Positions 29,519 to 39,290 of a stretch of DNA of 57,309 nucleotides are shown here, one piece after another. A program made the translations under genes and the position numbers. The DNA is from Bacteroidales bacterium (GTDB lineage Bacteria > Bacteroidota > Bacteroidia > Bacteroidales > CAIWKO01), in NCBI GenBank assembly GCA_035389045.1, contig DAOORA010000022.1, positions 1 through 57,309 on the forward strand, given 5' to 3'. Numbering within the stretch: the first letter of the stretch is position 1; each line of letters begins with the position of its first letter. The notes beneath the pieces are model-generated. The model worked only from the letters and a program-made list of their open reading frames with translations, was not told the origin of the DNA and did not search any database.

Positions 29519-30553
29519 ATGAAAAACTTTGTTTTTTCTTTGGTATTGGTGCTGTGTGTTGTATTTTCCACCTTTTCACAGAACAAAGCTCAGGTAGAAA
29601 ATGAAACGAAATCATCTTTTGTAGTTATTACTTCTGATGCTGCTCCGGTTGGTTATGGTTTTTTTGTCGCCAGAGATCTTCTGGTCACCACCATTAACAC
29701 GATAGGCAAATATAAAAGCGCACAAATATTGCTGAACAACGGAAAATATTACAACGTTTTGGGATATACTTCTTCGGACCCCGAAAACGACCTGGTACTT
29801 CTGAAAACAGATTTAGACAGTGCTTCTTTTGTTTCTATTAACTCACAATATCCGTCAACAGGGCAAAACGTATTTCTGGTTGATCTGAATTCAAAAAACG
29901 ATCTGGGACTGGTGGAGGCAACCATAAAGGATATCAAAGATTTCGGAGAAGTGAAATTGCTGTCCGTGGAAGCTCAGAATCAGGTTAAAGTAAGCGGTCT
30001 TCCTGTTTTTGAGGAGTCCGGCCATGTTATTGGCGTGTCGATTTTGCCGCTTCTTGAAGATCCCGGGCTGAATTTTGCCATACCGGCTGAAAAGATTGAA
30101 AACCTTCTGGCCAACCAGCATGAAATAAAAAAGATTTTTTTGCTGATGCCGGCTTTTGAAGATATAAAAGGGCGCTCCCTGGCTAATATGGATAAAAGCG
30201 TTGCCTTAAAAGAATTTCTCGATTCGGGAATATCCCGTTATGAACAAAAGGACTATAAAGGAGCTATTGAAAAATTTAATATTGCCCTGCGCATAAGTCC
30301 TACCGATGTCGACGCTCTTGTTTTCAGAGGCCAATCCAAATACATGCTGATGCAATATAAAGATGCTATGGAGGATTTTAATAAAGCTATCGTTCTGCAA
30401 CCTGAATTTGCCGAAGCATACGACCTCCGCGGACTCTGCAAAGCCGAACTGGGCGATATGGATGGCGCATGTGAGGACTGGACACTCTCGTTCGAAAAAG
30501 GCTATGACCCCGCCTTTAAACTACTAAAATATTTCTGTGATCTGGAAGAATAA
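29519..30553 (+). CDS. Secreted trypsin-like domain plus TPR protein, probably catalytically inactive
   Basis: GYGFFV, DLVLL, SGLPVF...G.VIGV, NFAIP; TPR repeats; His of TNxHV absent (TTINTI). Confidence 0.75.
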   Translation: MKNFVFSLVLVLCVVFSTFSQNKAQVENETKSSFVVITSDAAPVGYGFFVARDLLVTTINTIGKYKSAQILLNNGKYYNVLGYTSSDPENDLVLLKTDLDSASFVSINSQYPSTGQNVFLVDLNSKNDLGLVEATIKDIKDFGEVKLLSVEAQNQVKVSGLPVFEESGHVIGVSILPLLEDPGLNFAIPAEKIENLLANQHEIKKIFLLMPAFEDIKGRSLANMDKSVALKEFLDSGISRYEQKDYKGAIEKFNIALRISPTDVDALVFRGQSKYMLMQYKDAMEDFNKAIVLQPEFAEAYDLRGLCKAELGDMDGACEDWTLSFEKGYDPAFKLLKYFCDLEE

Positions 30554-30622
30554 AATAAGCCTGTAATTTAATCGTTTCAGTAGATATCTGTTTATTTCGA
30601 ACTATTTAAGAAAAACGAGGTC

Positions 30623-32344
30623 GTGGTTTTCAAACGTTTGTCTGTTTTTATTTTTCTGACACTTTTTTACATAACCATCGTCTGCTCACAAAAAGTCCTT
30701 CCCCGGGATTATTTTATTCCGCCCCTTGATATAAAACCTGTTATAACCGGCACTTTCGGGGAAATACGTCCCGACCATTTTCATTCGGGTATTGATTTTG
30801 CTACTCAGAATAAAATTAATTCAAATGTATATTGTGTTGCCGACGGCTATGTATCCCGCATTAAAGTTTCGGCTACCGGATATGGAAATGTGATTTATGT
30901 GACGCATTCAAACGGTTTTGTTTCCGTGTATGCACACCTCAATGAATTTAATGTTGTGGTTGCAGATTATATCAGAAACAAACAATATGAAAAAAAATCT
31001 TTTGAAATAGAAATTTTTCCCAACCCTGAGTTATTTAAATTCAAAAAAGGCGATATCATAGGTTATTCAGGCAATTCAGGATCTTCATCCGGTCCGCACC
31101 TGCATTTTGAGATACGCAACGAAAAAACGGAACGGCCATTAAATCCTTTACTTGCAGGGTTTTCGGTTTATGACAAAACATGCCCGGACATATCGGGAAT
31201 ATGTTTTTATCCGGTTTCTGCAAACAGTAAAGTGAATCAGGATAAACAGAAATGTTACCTCAGCACTGTTAAAAAAAACAACATATATAGTCTTAAAACC
31301 ATTGATACACTTACACTTTCCGGCGGTATCGCTTTTGGCGTTGAAGCTGCCGACAGGCACAACACCGCCGAAAATTCAGGCATATATTCGCTGGAAATAT
31401 TCGTTGATGATAATTTGTTTTTTAAAATATCCTTCGATTCCATCGATTTTGATGAAGGACGCTATATAAATACGTTGACAGATTATCCCGAATACGTTAC
31501 AAGCAGAAAAAAAATCATCCAGACTCATTTAACCCGTGGAAATCGTTTGAATATATACTCTGCTGTTGAACACCGGGGCGTTTATTTTTTCACAGACACC
31601 TTGTTGCACAATATTAAATTTGTTGCTTCTGATTTTTACAAAAACAGCACAGCGGTCAATGTCGTTGTTAAATCTGAAGCGCCGCAGGAAGAAAAAAACA
31701 ATGCCGACCCTGATCTGCCCCTGTTCAGATACGGACTCAAAAATCATTTCGAAAAGGATAATATCATCCTTGATATCCCTGCTGATGCACTGTATGATTC
31801 TGTTTTTTTTGAGTATGCATCCATTAAACGCACCAGGTATACCTATTCGGCCATCCATCGTATCCATAATAAAACAACCCCCCTGCACAAGGCTGTCGTG
31901 CTCAGGATCAAACCCGATACCATCGTACGGGAGAGTCTGTTACCGAAACTCACACTGGCAGATGTAACACAAAACGCATTTACATTTATAAAAAGTAACT
32001 GGGAAAACGGGTACCTTTCGGCAAATGTGCGCAAATTCGGCAGCTATGCCATTATTGCCGACACAACCCCTCCGGTTATTACCCCCCCGATAAACTATAA
32101 CAACAAGCAAATCAGTTTTACGGAAATACTGTCTTTCAGGATCACCGACAATTTTTCCGGTATTGATACCTATACCCTGATCATTAACGATAAGTGGGCG
32201 CTGGCAGAATATGATGCAAAAAACAACCTGTTATATTATAAGGTCGACAAATCACATTTTAATAAAGGGAATAATACCATTAACCTTGTTGTTACCGACC
32301 ATCTCAATAATAAAAGCTCATACAATGCCATAATGCTGAATTAA
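30623..32344 (+). CDS. M23 family metallopeptidase
   Basis: HFHSGID, YAHL and GPHLHFEIR motifs. Confidence 0.9.
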   Translation: MVFKRLSVFIFLTLFYITIVCSQKVLPRDYFIPPLDIKPVITGTFGEIRPDHFHSGIDFATQNKINSNVYCVADGYVSRIKVSATGYGNVIYVTHSNGFVSVYAHLNEFNVVVADYIRNKQYEKKSFEIEIFPNPELFKFKKGDIIGYSGNSGSSSGPHLHFEIRNEKTERPLNPLLAGFSVYDKTCPDISGICFYPVSANSKVNQDKQKCYLSTVKKNNIYSLKTIDTLTLSGGIAFGVEAADRHNTAENSGIYSLEIFVDDNLFFKISFDSIDFDEGRYINTLTDYPEYVTSRKKIIQTHLTRGNRLNIYSAVEHRGVYFFTDTLLHNIKFVASDFYKNSTAVNVVVKSEAPQEEKNNADPDLPLFRYGLKNHFEKDNIILDIPADALYDSVFFEYASIKRTRYTYSAIHRIHNKTTPLHKAVVLRIKPDTIVRESLLPKLTLADVTQNAFTFIKSNWENGYLSANVRKFGSYAIIADTTPPVITPPINYNNKQISFTEILSFRITDNFSGIDTYTLIINDKWALAEYDAKNNLLYYKVDKSHFNKGNNTINLVVTDHLNNKSSYNAIMLN

Positions 32345-32406
32345 TTTTGGTTTGATTATTGCAAACAGCTTGCATTAAAAATATAATTTTACTCAAATTT
32401 TAAAAC

Positions 32407-32952
32407 ATGAAAAAAGTTGTCTTGATATCAGGCCTGATTTTCTTCACCGGATTGTCCGGGAGCATTGTGTTGTCGCAGGTAGCCGATATCCCGGTGGATG
32501 AAGACACCAAACTGATCACTTATAAAGAAGTGGTGGAGCAGCAAGGTGATAAAAGCAAGTTGTACAATACGGCCATTGCCTGGATAAATGCCAACTATAA
32601 AAATCCCAATGAAGTCACAACCATAAGGGAGCCGGAAAACGGCAAACTTGTCCTGAATCACCGTTTCAAACTTTACAACGTAGATAAAAAAGGCCTGAAA
32701 ACAGATGCCGGCGTAATTAACTATACATTGAAACTTGAATTTAAACCCAATAAATACCGTTATATTTTCACCGATTTTTCTCTTCAGGCTGTGTCAAAAT
32801 TTCCACTGGAACGCTGGCTTGACAAAAACGACCCGCAGTACACCCCTGCATGTGAAAATTACCTTTTCCAGGTAGATTCCACGGTCAATGGAATTATTGA
32901 CCGGCTGAAAGAATCCATGGTTCCTAAGGTTGAGAAACCAGACGAATGGTAG
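32407..32952 (+). CDS. DUF4468-like secreted protein
   Basis: Signal peptide; 'ITY.EVV...K..LY..A..W' and 'FK..KYRY...DF' pattern. Confidence 0.65.
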   Translation: MKKVVLISGLIFFTGLSGSIVLSQVADIPVDEDTKLITYKEVVEQQGDKSKLYNTAIAWINANYKNPNEVTTIREPENGKLVLNHRFKLYNVDKKGLKTDAGVINYTLKLEFKPNKYRYIFTDFSLQAVSKFPLERWLDKNDPQYTPACENYLFQVDSTVNGIIDRLKESMVPKVEKPDEW

Positions 32953-33043
32953 AGTGGTAAGTGTCGGGGTGACTGGCACATTAATGGCCTGTGCGCAGTC
33001 ACCCCGACACGTTCAGGACGAAACTTCAGTTTATAACATACAG

Positions 33044-33069
33044 GCGGATACAACATCCGCTTTTTTTTT
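33044..33069 (+). terminator. Intrinsic terminator
   Basis: GCGGAT-ACAAC-ATCCGC followed by a T9 run. Confidence 0.75.
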
Positions 33070-33091
33070 ATCTTTGTGCAAATAAATAATT

Positions 33092-34114
33092 ATGAATACA
33101 ATTTCCGACTTCATCTGTAACATTCCCAAAGCAGAGCTGCATTTGCATATTGAAGGCACTTTTGAGCCGGAACAACTGTTTGAGATCGCTGCCCGGAATT
33201 ATATCACTATCGAATACAAAAGTATTGAAGAACTGCGAAGCGCTTATAAATTCAACAACCTGCAGGAGTTTCTTGATATCTATTATACCGGCGCTTATGT
33301 ACTTCAGACTGAAAAAGATTTTTACGAGCTGACCATGGCCTACCTGAAAAAAGCTGCAGAACAGAACATTGTACATACGGAAATCTTTTTCGATCCGCAA
33401 ACGCACCTGCATAACGGAGTTCCTTTTCCGGTGTTTTTCAAAGGCATATATGATGCAATCACTGATGCCAAAAAACGATATTCTATAAACACAGGGATCA
33501 TCATGTGTTTTCTACGCCATCTGAGCGAAGAGTCGGCTTTTCAGACACTGGAAATTGCTTTGCCCTATAAAGATAAAATTCTTGGTGTGGGGCTTGATTC
33601 TTCTGAGGTGGGCAACCCTCCTGAAAAATTCACCAGGGTTTTTCAAAAAGCCCGCGAATATGGGTTTCTGACCGTGGCTCATGCCGGGGAAGAAGGTCCC
33701 TCCGCCTACATCAGTGAAGCATTGGATCTATTAAAAATTGCCCGTATTGATCATGGGAACAACTCGAAAGACAATGATCAGCTGATGGATGAGATCGCCC
33801 TGAAAAAAATCCCGCTGACCATGTGTCCGCTGTCTAATCTTAAACTGGCCGTGGTAAAAGACCTGAAAGATCATCCGTTAAAAAAATTCCTGGACAAAAA
33901 AATTCCCGTTACGGTCAATTCCGACGATCCCGCCTATTTCGGAGGTTATCTCAACGAAAACCTGATCGCCATCCAGCAGGCGCTGAACCTTACTTCTGAT
34001 GATATCATCACGCTGGTAAAAAATTCTTTCGAGGCTTCGTTCATTGACAAACAACAGAAAGAAAAATATTTGTCAATGGTTGATAATTTTGTTGCTGAAT
34101 ACGTAAATAATTAA
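33092..34114 (+). CDS. add: Adenine/adenosine deaminase
   Basis: PKAELHLHIEG, HAGEE, RIDHG, CPLSN, NSDDP. Confidence 0.92.
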   Translation: MNTISDFICNIPKAELHLHIEGTFEPEQLFEIAARNYITIEYKSIEELRSAYKFNNLQEFLDIYYTGAYVLQTEKDFYELTMAYLKKAAEQNIVHTEIFFDPQTHLHNGVPFPVFFKGIYDAITDAKKRYSINTGIIMCFLRHLSEESAFQTLEIALPYKDKILGVGLDSSEVGNPPEKFTRVFQKAREYGFLTVAHAGEEGPSAYISEALDLLKIARIDHGNNSKDNDQLMDEIALKKIPLTMCPLSNLKLAVVKDLKDHPLKKFLDKKIPVTVNSDDPAYFGGYLNENLIAIQQALNLTSDDIITLVKNSFEASFIDKQQKEKYLSMVDNFVAEYVNN

Positions 34115-34118
34115 AACC

Positions 34119-35171
34119 CTGCCCGGTAAAAAACACATAAAAATCCTCGAACCCGGAGAAATAGCAGATTTTGTCAAATGCAATAATGAAGCAGCTTTCC
34201 GTTCGGGGCAACTATATGAATGGGTATGGAAAAAACGCGCTGTTTCTTTTGATGAAATGACCAACATTCCTGCCTCTTTCAGGGAAAAGCTGAACAAGGT
34301 TTTTTTATGTAATTCCATAGTTTCTTTTAACGAATATGTTTCACAGGACGGAACACGTAAATATGCTTTTTATTTATCCGATGGTGCTGTCATTGAAAGC
34401 GTGCTGATCCCTTCCGGTACAAGGGTTACAGCATGTGTTTCATCCCAGGTGGGCTGCCCGCTGAACTGTAGGTTTTGCGCCACCGGACAGCTCGGTTTTA
34501 CCAGGAATCTGGACGCAGCTGAAATACACGATCAGATCATAATGCTGATGAATCTGACCCGAAAGAATTATCAGACGGAACTTGACAATATCGTTGCTAT
34601 GGGCATGGGAGAGCCCCTGCTCAATTATGAAAACACACGGTCTGCGCTGGACAAGATATCCTCAAAGGATCTGCTGAATTTTTCCCCGCAGCGCATAACG
34701 GTATCTACCTCAGGAATCACCGAAGGTATAAAACAAATGGCCGATGAAAATTCGCCGTACCATCTGGCAGTATCACTACATTCGGCTATTGAAAGCAAAC
34801 GACAATCCATGATGCCGGTGGCCAAAAAATACCTGCTCAGAAACCTGATAGAATCATTGAAATACTATCATAACAAAACCCGGAACAGGATTACTATCGA
34901 ATACATATTGTTCGACAAGATCAACGACAGTATGGAAGATGCCCGGGCTTTGGCTGAATTTTGCAGAAATTTCCCTGTAAAAATCAACGTCATTCCTTAC
35001 AATTCCGTTTCAGACGCCACATTCCACAAAAGCAAGCCGGAAGCGGTAAGTTTTTTTGTTGATTTTCTGAAAAATAAAAATATTATTGTACATTTACGAA
35101 CCAGTAAAGGCGGAGATATTATGGCTGCCTGCGGGCAACTGGCACTGAACCAAAAATCAAATGAATTATGA
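34119..35171 (+). CDS. rlmN: Dual-specificity rRNA/tRNA methyltransferase RlmN (probable CTG start)
   Basis: CVSSQVGCPLNCRFCATG, MGMGEP, IMAACGQL; conserved N-terminus (FR..QLYEW.W...SFDEMTN) is in frame upstream of ATG 34257. Confidence 0.9.
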   Translation: MPGKKHIKILEPGEIADFVKCNNEAAFRSGQLYEWVWKKRAVSFDEMTNIPASFREKLNKVFLCNSIVSFNEYVSQDGTRKYAFYLSDGAVIESVLIPSGTRVTACVSSQVGCPLNCRFCATGQLGFTRNLDAAEIHDQIIMLMNLTRKNYQTELDNIVAMGMGEPLLNYENTRSALDKISSKDLLNFSPQRITVSTSGITEGIKQMADENSPYHLAVSLHSAIESKRQSMMPVAKKYLLRNLIESLKYYHNKTRNRITIEYILFDKINDSMEDARALAEFCRNFPVKINVIPYNSVSDATFHKSKPEAVSFFVDFLKNKNIIVHLRTSKGGDIMAACGQLALNQKSNEL

Positions 35172-35704
35172 AAGCTGAAATTACTATGCAGGATGTTATG
35201 GATTCCATCAGGAATGTGCCTGATTTTCCTAAGCCGGGGATATTATTTAAAGATATTACCACTGCCCTGAAAAATCCTGATATTTACCAATACATCTTTG
35301 AAAAAACCTATGAATATTATAAAGATTCCGGGATCACCAAGGTAGTCGGTATTGAATCACGCGGATTCATACTCGGCGGTGCGCTGGCCGCCAGGCTTAA
35401 CGCTGGCTTTGTTCCTATTCGTAAGCCGGGGAAGCTGCCTGCAGCGACGTATTCAAAATCGTATTCACTTGAATATGGCGAAAACATATTACATATCCAT
35501 CAGGACGCTCTGGACAAAGACGATATCGTATTGTTACACGACGACGTACTTGCAACCGGGGGTTCGGCAAGAGCAGCTATTGACCTTATACGGCTTTTTC
35601 AGGTAAAAAATCTGAAAATAAATTTTATCTGTGAACTCGGTTTTTTAAACGGCAAATCTAATATATATGACGATATAGACATTTTTTCTTTAATCAGTTT
35701 TTGA
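35168..35704 (+). CDS. apt: Adenine phosphoribosyltransferase
   Basis: PDFPKPGILFKDIT, ESRGF, RKPGKLP, DDVLATGGS. Confidence 0.95.
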   Translation: MKAEITMQDVMDSIRNVPDFPKPGILFKDITTALKNPDIYQYIFEKTYEYYKDSGITKVVGIESRGFILGGALAARLNAGFVPIRKPGKLPAATYSKSYSLEYGENILHIHQDALDKDDIVLLHDDVLATGGSARAAIDLIRLFQVKNLKINFICELGFLNGKSNIYDDIDIFSLISF

Positions 35705-35779
35705 TCGTAAGTACATAATTATTAGTAAAATACTTGCTTTCTAAATAAAAATTATATATCTTTGTTTAAAATAAGATAT

Positions 35780-36079
35780 ATGCTGAAAATAGAAAAAATC
35801 AATCTCGACAAATTAGATTATGCAGTCGACAAATTAAGAGCGTTAGCACATCCTATGAGAGTTGCTATTCTTCAGATGCTTTATGCGAACAAAAAAATGA
35901 ATGTTACCGAAATCTACAAAAAACTGCAAATTGAACAGGCATCTGCATCTCACCATTTAAGCATTCTGAAGATAAGAGGTATTCTTGAATCACGCAGGGA
36001 CGGGAAAAAAACCTTTTATGCGATAAAAGAAAGCGCCGTGTCAAAAATTATAGAATGTATTGAGCTTTGCGAAGACTAA
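35780..36079 (+). CDS. ArsR/SmtB family transcriptional regulator
   Basis: LRALAHPMR..IL, ASHHLSILK, RRDGK; TATCTTTG promoter element just upstream. Confidence 0.9.
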   Translation: MLKIEKINLDKLDYAVDKLRALAHPMRVAILQMLYANKKMNVTEIYKKLQIEQASASHHLSILKIRGILESRRDGKKTFYAIKESAVSKIIECIELCED

Positions 36080-36098
36080 ACTGACTACACTGCTTTTT

Positions 36099-36728
36099 CT
36101 ACTTACGTCCAAAATCTGCCGGGATCTCACCCCAGGACCCGGTATGCCATTTTAGTATCCTGTTTGAAAATGCATTATCTGCCAACCATTTTTCTGCACG
36201 GGACAACAGCGTAAAAAGTTCTTCATTACGGTCAGTTCTGACCAGTTTAGTGTTTGCCATTTTGTCTTTCACCCATTTTATCGCGGTATGGCTGTCGCTG
36301 TATACGGGCAATTCAGAGTTTTTTTGTTTTAGTAATGCAAGGGCATGAACAATAGCCAGAAATTCTCCTATGTTGTTGGTTGCATCCTGAAAAGGCCCCT
36401 GAAAAAAGAGCTGCTCACCGGTAGCGGTATAAACGCCCCTGTATTCCATTATTTTCGTTTTGGTATTCCAGGCTGCATCAACACTTATCGTATTTTTTTC
36501 CGGTTTTCCGGTACCCGTAGTTTTGGCGGACTTACTTTTCTGCTTATTCTTATTATAAATATATTTCGCCGGATCTCCCGCAAAGGCCGACATGGCTGAT
36601 TCGGCATTATCAAAGGCCTTATATACAGCCCCTTCAAACTTATCAACCTGTTCCAGGCATTCTTCCCAGGTCTTGTATATACCGGGGTTTTTGCCTTTCC
36701 ACACTACATAAACTTTTCGTTTTTTCAT
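36099..36728 (-). CDS. rnhA: Ribonuclease HI with N-terminal viroplasmin/hybrid-binding domain
   Basis: YVVWKG..PGIY.TW.EC; VDAA, TNNIGEFLA, YSDS, WGEIPADFGRK. Confidence 0.9.
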   Translation of the reverse strand: MKKRKVYVVWKGKNPGIYKTWEECLEQVDKFEGAVYKAFDNAESAMSAFAGDPAKYIYNKNKQKSKSAKTTGTGKPEKNTISVDAAWNTKTKIMEYRGVYTATGEQLFFQGPFQDATNNIGEFLAIVHALALLKQKNSELPVYSDSHTAIKWVKDKMANTKLVRTDRNEELFTLLSRAEKWLADNAFSNRILKWHTGSWGEIPADFGRK

Positions 36729-36955
36729 TATTTGACAGCTTCTGATCACATTTAGAAATTGTTTTGATTTTATCTTTTAATATCTTTATGCGTCTTTTTT
36801 GCTGCAACTTCGTTAGATTTTTCGACATAGGGTAAACTATGTCTGCAAAATCTGCCTTGTTTCGCTAAAAAATCCATCATAAATCTTATTTAATATAAAA
36901 TCAAAACAGTTTCTTAAAAAAACAATGTAAATTTACTTTAAAAATCAAAACAAAA

Positions 36956-37441
36956 ATGAGCAGAAATAAATACCTGATAGTGTTGTTATTGCTAATGTTT
37001 ACCTCATGCGGCCACAACAAGATTTTCGAAAAACATATCAAAATTGAAAATTATTTATGGAAACGCGATAACATAATTAAATTTGAAGTGCCTGTAGAAG
37101 ATACAATAAGCCTATATGATGTAACTATTGCCATCAGGCACACATCCTATTATGCGTATGCCAATATCCGTGTGAACATGATGATCTCCTATCCATCGGG
37201 GGATACCCGTACCAAAGATTTCAATATCTTTGTCAGGGATACCGACGGTAGTTTTAAAGGCGACGGCGCCGGCGATCTCTGGGACATCACCTATCCGGCC
37301 CTTCAGGGCATCAGCCTGCCATTCAAAGGGACTTATATTTTCGAAGTCCAGAACATAATGCCGCTTATCGAAACGGATGATATCATGGATGTAGGATTAA
37401 TAGTGCGAAAATCGAAAAAACAGATTGATAAAGATCAATAA
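36956..37441 (+). CDS. gldH: Gliding motility lipoprotein GldH
   Basis: Lipobox FTSC; W...I.F; IRH...Y.Y.N; G...GDG.G; DVGLIV. Confidence 0.85.
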   Translation: MSRNKYLIVLLLLMFTSCGHNKIFEKHIKIENYLWKRDNIIKFEVPVEDTISLYDVTIAIRHTSYYAYANIRVNMMISYPSGDTRTKDFNIFVRDTDGSFKGDGAGDLWDITYPALQGISLPFKGTYIFEVQNIMPLIETDDIMDVGLIVRKSKKQIDKDQ

Positions 37442-39233
37442 TCATATTATTACTATTTTAAAAACGCTTCCCGATAAGCCCGGAGTATATCAGTTTTATA
37501 ACAACGCCGGAATCATTATCTATGTGGGTAAGGCCAAAAGCCTGAAAAAAAGAGTCCGCAGTTATTTTAAAGAAGAGGCGCAGCAAACGGGCAAGGTCAG
37601 TGTGCTCGTAAAAAAAATTGCCGATATAAAATATATTGTTGTTGATAACGAATACGAGGCGCTGCTGCTCGAAAATAACCTGATCAAAAAATACCTTCCG
37701 CGCTATAATGTGCTGCTGAAAGACGATAAAACCTATCCCTGGATATGTATAAAAAACGAACATTTTCCAAGGGTTTTTCCGACACGCCATATCGTAAAAG
37801 ACGGCTCGGAGTATTTCGGCCCCTATGCCTCCGTGCGCATGATGAACACGCTCCTCGACCTGGTTACGCAGATATTCCGGCTTCGGTCCTGTACGTACAA
37901 TCTTTCGGACGAAAATATCCAACGCCGTAAGTACAAGGTCTGTCTCAAATATCATATCGGCAATTGCAAAGGCCCCTGCGAAGGATTTGAAAGTGAAGAA
38001 GAATACAACGAAACGATAGGCCACATCCGGGAGATCATCAGGGGTAATATCAATGCCGTTCAACAGCGGCTTAAAACACTGATGAACAGCTTTGCCCGGG
38101 AGTACGAATTTGAAAAAGCACAAATCATAAAAGAAAAAATTGAATTACTGCAGAATTACCAGAGCAAATCAACGGTGGTGAACCCTTCCATCAGCAATGT
38201 GGATGTGTTCAGCATCATCGAAGACGATGACACGGCTTATGTCAATTTTTTGAAAGTGGTCGACGGGGCCATCGTACAGGCACATACGGTTGAACTCCGC
38301 AAGCATCTTGATGAAACACCCGGACAGTTGCTTGAATTTGCCATTACCGATCTTCGGGAACGTTTAAAAAGTAATTCCCGGAAAATCATCGTTCCTGTTT
38401 CTCTGAGTATAGATTTCCCCGGAATAAAAATTACCGTACCCCGCAAAGGCGATAAAAAAAAGCTGCTTGACCTTTCGGTAAACAATGCCAGATACTACCG
38501 GCTTGACAAAGAAAAACAAAAGGAACTTATCGATCCCGACCGGCATGTAAACCGGATCATGGACCAGGCCATGAATGATCTGCATCTTAATGAACGCCCC
38601 AACCATATCGAATGTTTTGACAACTCAAATATACAGGGCAGTTTCCCTGTGGCGGCCATGGTGGTCTTCAAAAATGCACGACCTGAAAAAAACGAATACC
38701 GTCACTACAACATTAAAACCGTAGAAGGCCCTGATGACTTTGCCTCCATGGAGGAAGTCGTGTTCCGCAGATATAAACGACTTCTTGAGGAAAACAAACC
38801 ATTACCGAAACTTATCGTGATCGACGGTGGCAAAGGACAGTTAAGCGCTGCGGTCAACAGTCTTGAAAAACTTGAACTCAGAGGAAAAATCGCCATTATC
38901 GGTATCGCCAAAAAGCTCGAGGAAATTTATTTCCCGGGAGATTCTTTTCCTCTGTATCTGGATAAAAAATCAGAAACATTAAAACTCATACAACAGTTGC
39001 GCGACGAAGCACACCGTTTCGGTATCACCCACCACCGCCAAAAACGGCAGAAAACCCTGTCAAAATCCATTTTGACGGATATTGACGGCATCGGTTATGA
39101 AACCGCACAGAAACTATTACGTAAGTTTAAATCAGTAGAAAACATTAAAAAAACATTATACGATGATTTAAAAGCCGTGGTTGGCCATCAGAAAGCAGAA
39201 CTATTAATATCCTACTTCAAAAAAAGACCTTAA
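37425..39233 (+). CDS. uvrC: Excinuclease ABC subunit C
   Basis: LP..PGVYQF...IYVGKAK, IECFDNSN, IDGGKGQ, LRDEAHRF, HhH tail. Confidence 0.96.
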   Translation: MIKINNHIITILKTLPDKPGVYQFYNNAGIIIYVGKAKSLKKRVRSYFKEEAQQTGKVSVLVKKIADIKYIVVDNEYEALLLENNLIKKYLPRYNVLLKDDKTYPWICIKNEHFPRVFPTRHIVKDGSEYFGPYASVRMMNTLLDLVTQIFRLRSCTYNLSDENIQRRKYKVCLKYHIGNCKGPCEGFESEEEYNETIGHIREIIRGNINAVQQRLKTLMNSFAREYEFEKAQIIKEKIELLQNYQSKSTVVNPSISNVDVFSIIEDDDTAYVNFLKVVDGAIVQAHTVELRKHLDETPGQLLEFAITDLRERLKSNSRKIIVPVSLSIDFPGIKITVPRKGDKKKLLDLSVNNARYYRLDKEKQKELIDPDRHVNRIMDQAMNDLHLNERPNHIECFDNSNIQGSFPVAAMVVFKNARPEKNEYRHYNIKTVEGPDDFASMEEVVFRRYKRLLEENKPLPKLIVIDGGKGQLSAAVNSLEKLELRGKIAIIGIAKKLEEIYFPGDSFPLYLDKKSETLKLIQQLRDEAHRFGITHHRQKRQKTLSKSILTDIDGIGYETAQKLLRKFKSVENIKKTLYDDLKAVVGHQKAELLISYFKKRP

Positions 39234-39290
39234 CTTTGTTATAAAAAAAATCTGTATTTATTTTGTATAACCATTTTTTAAACACCCGTT

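Noticed and set aside
32953..33091. Purine riboswitch upstream of add
   Set aside because: No purine-aptamer three-way-junction consensus, and the add promoter motif lies downstream of the hairpins
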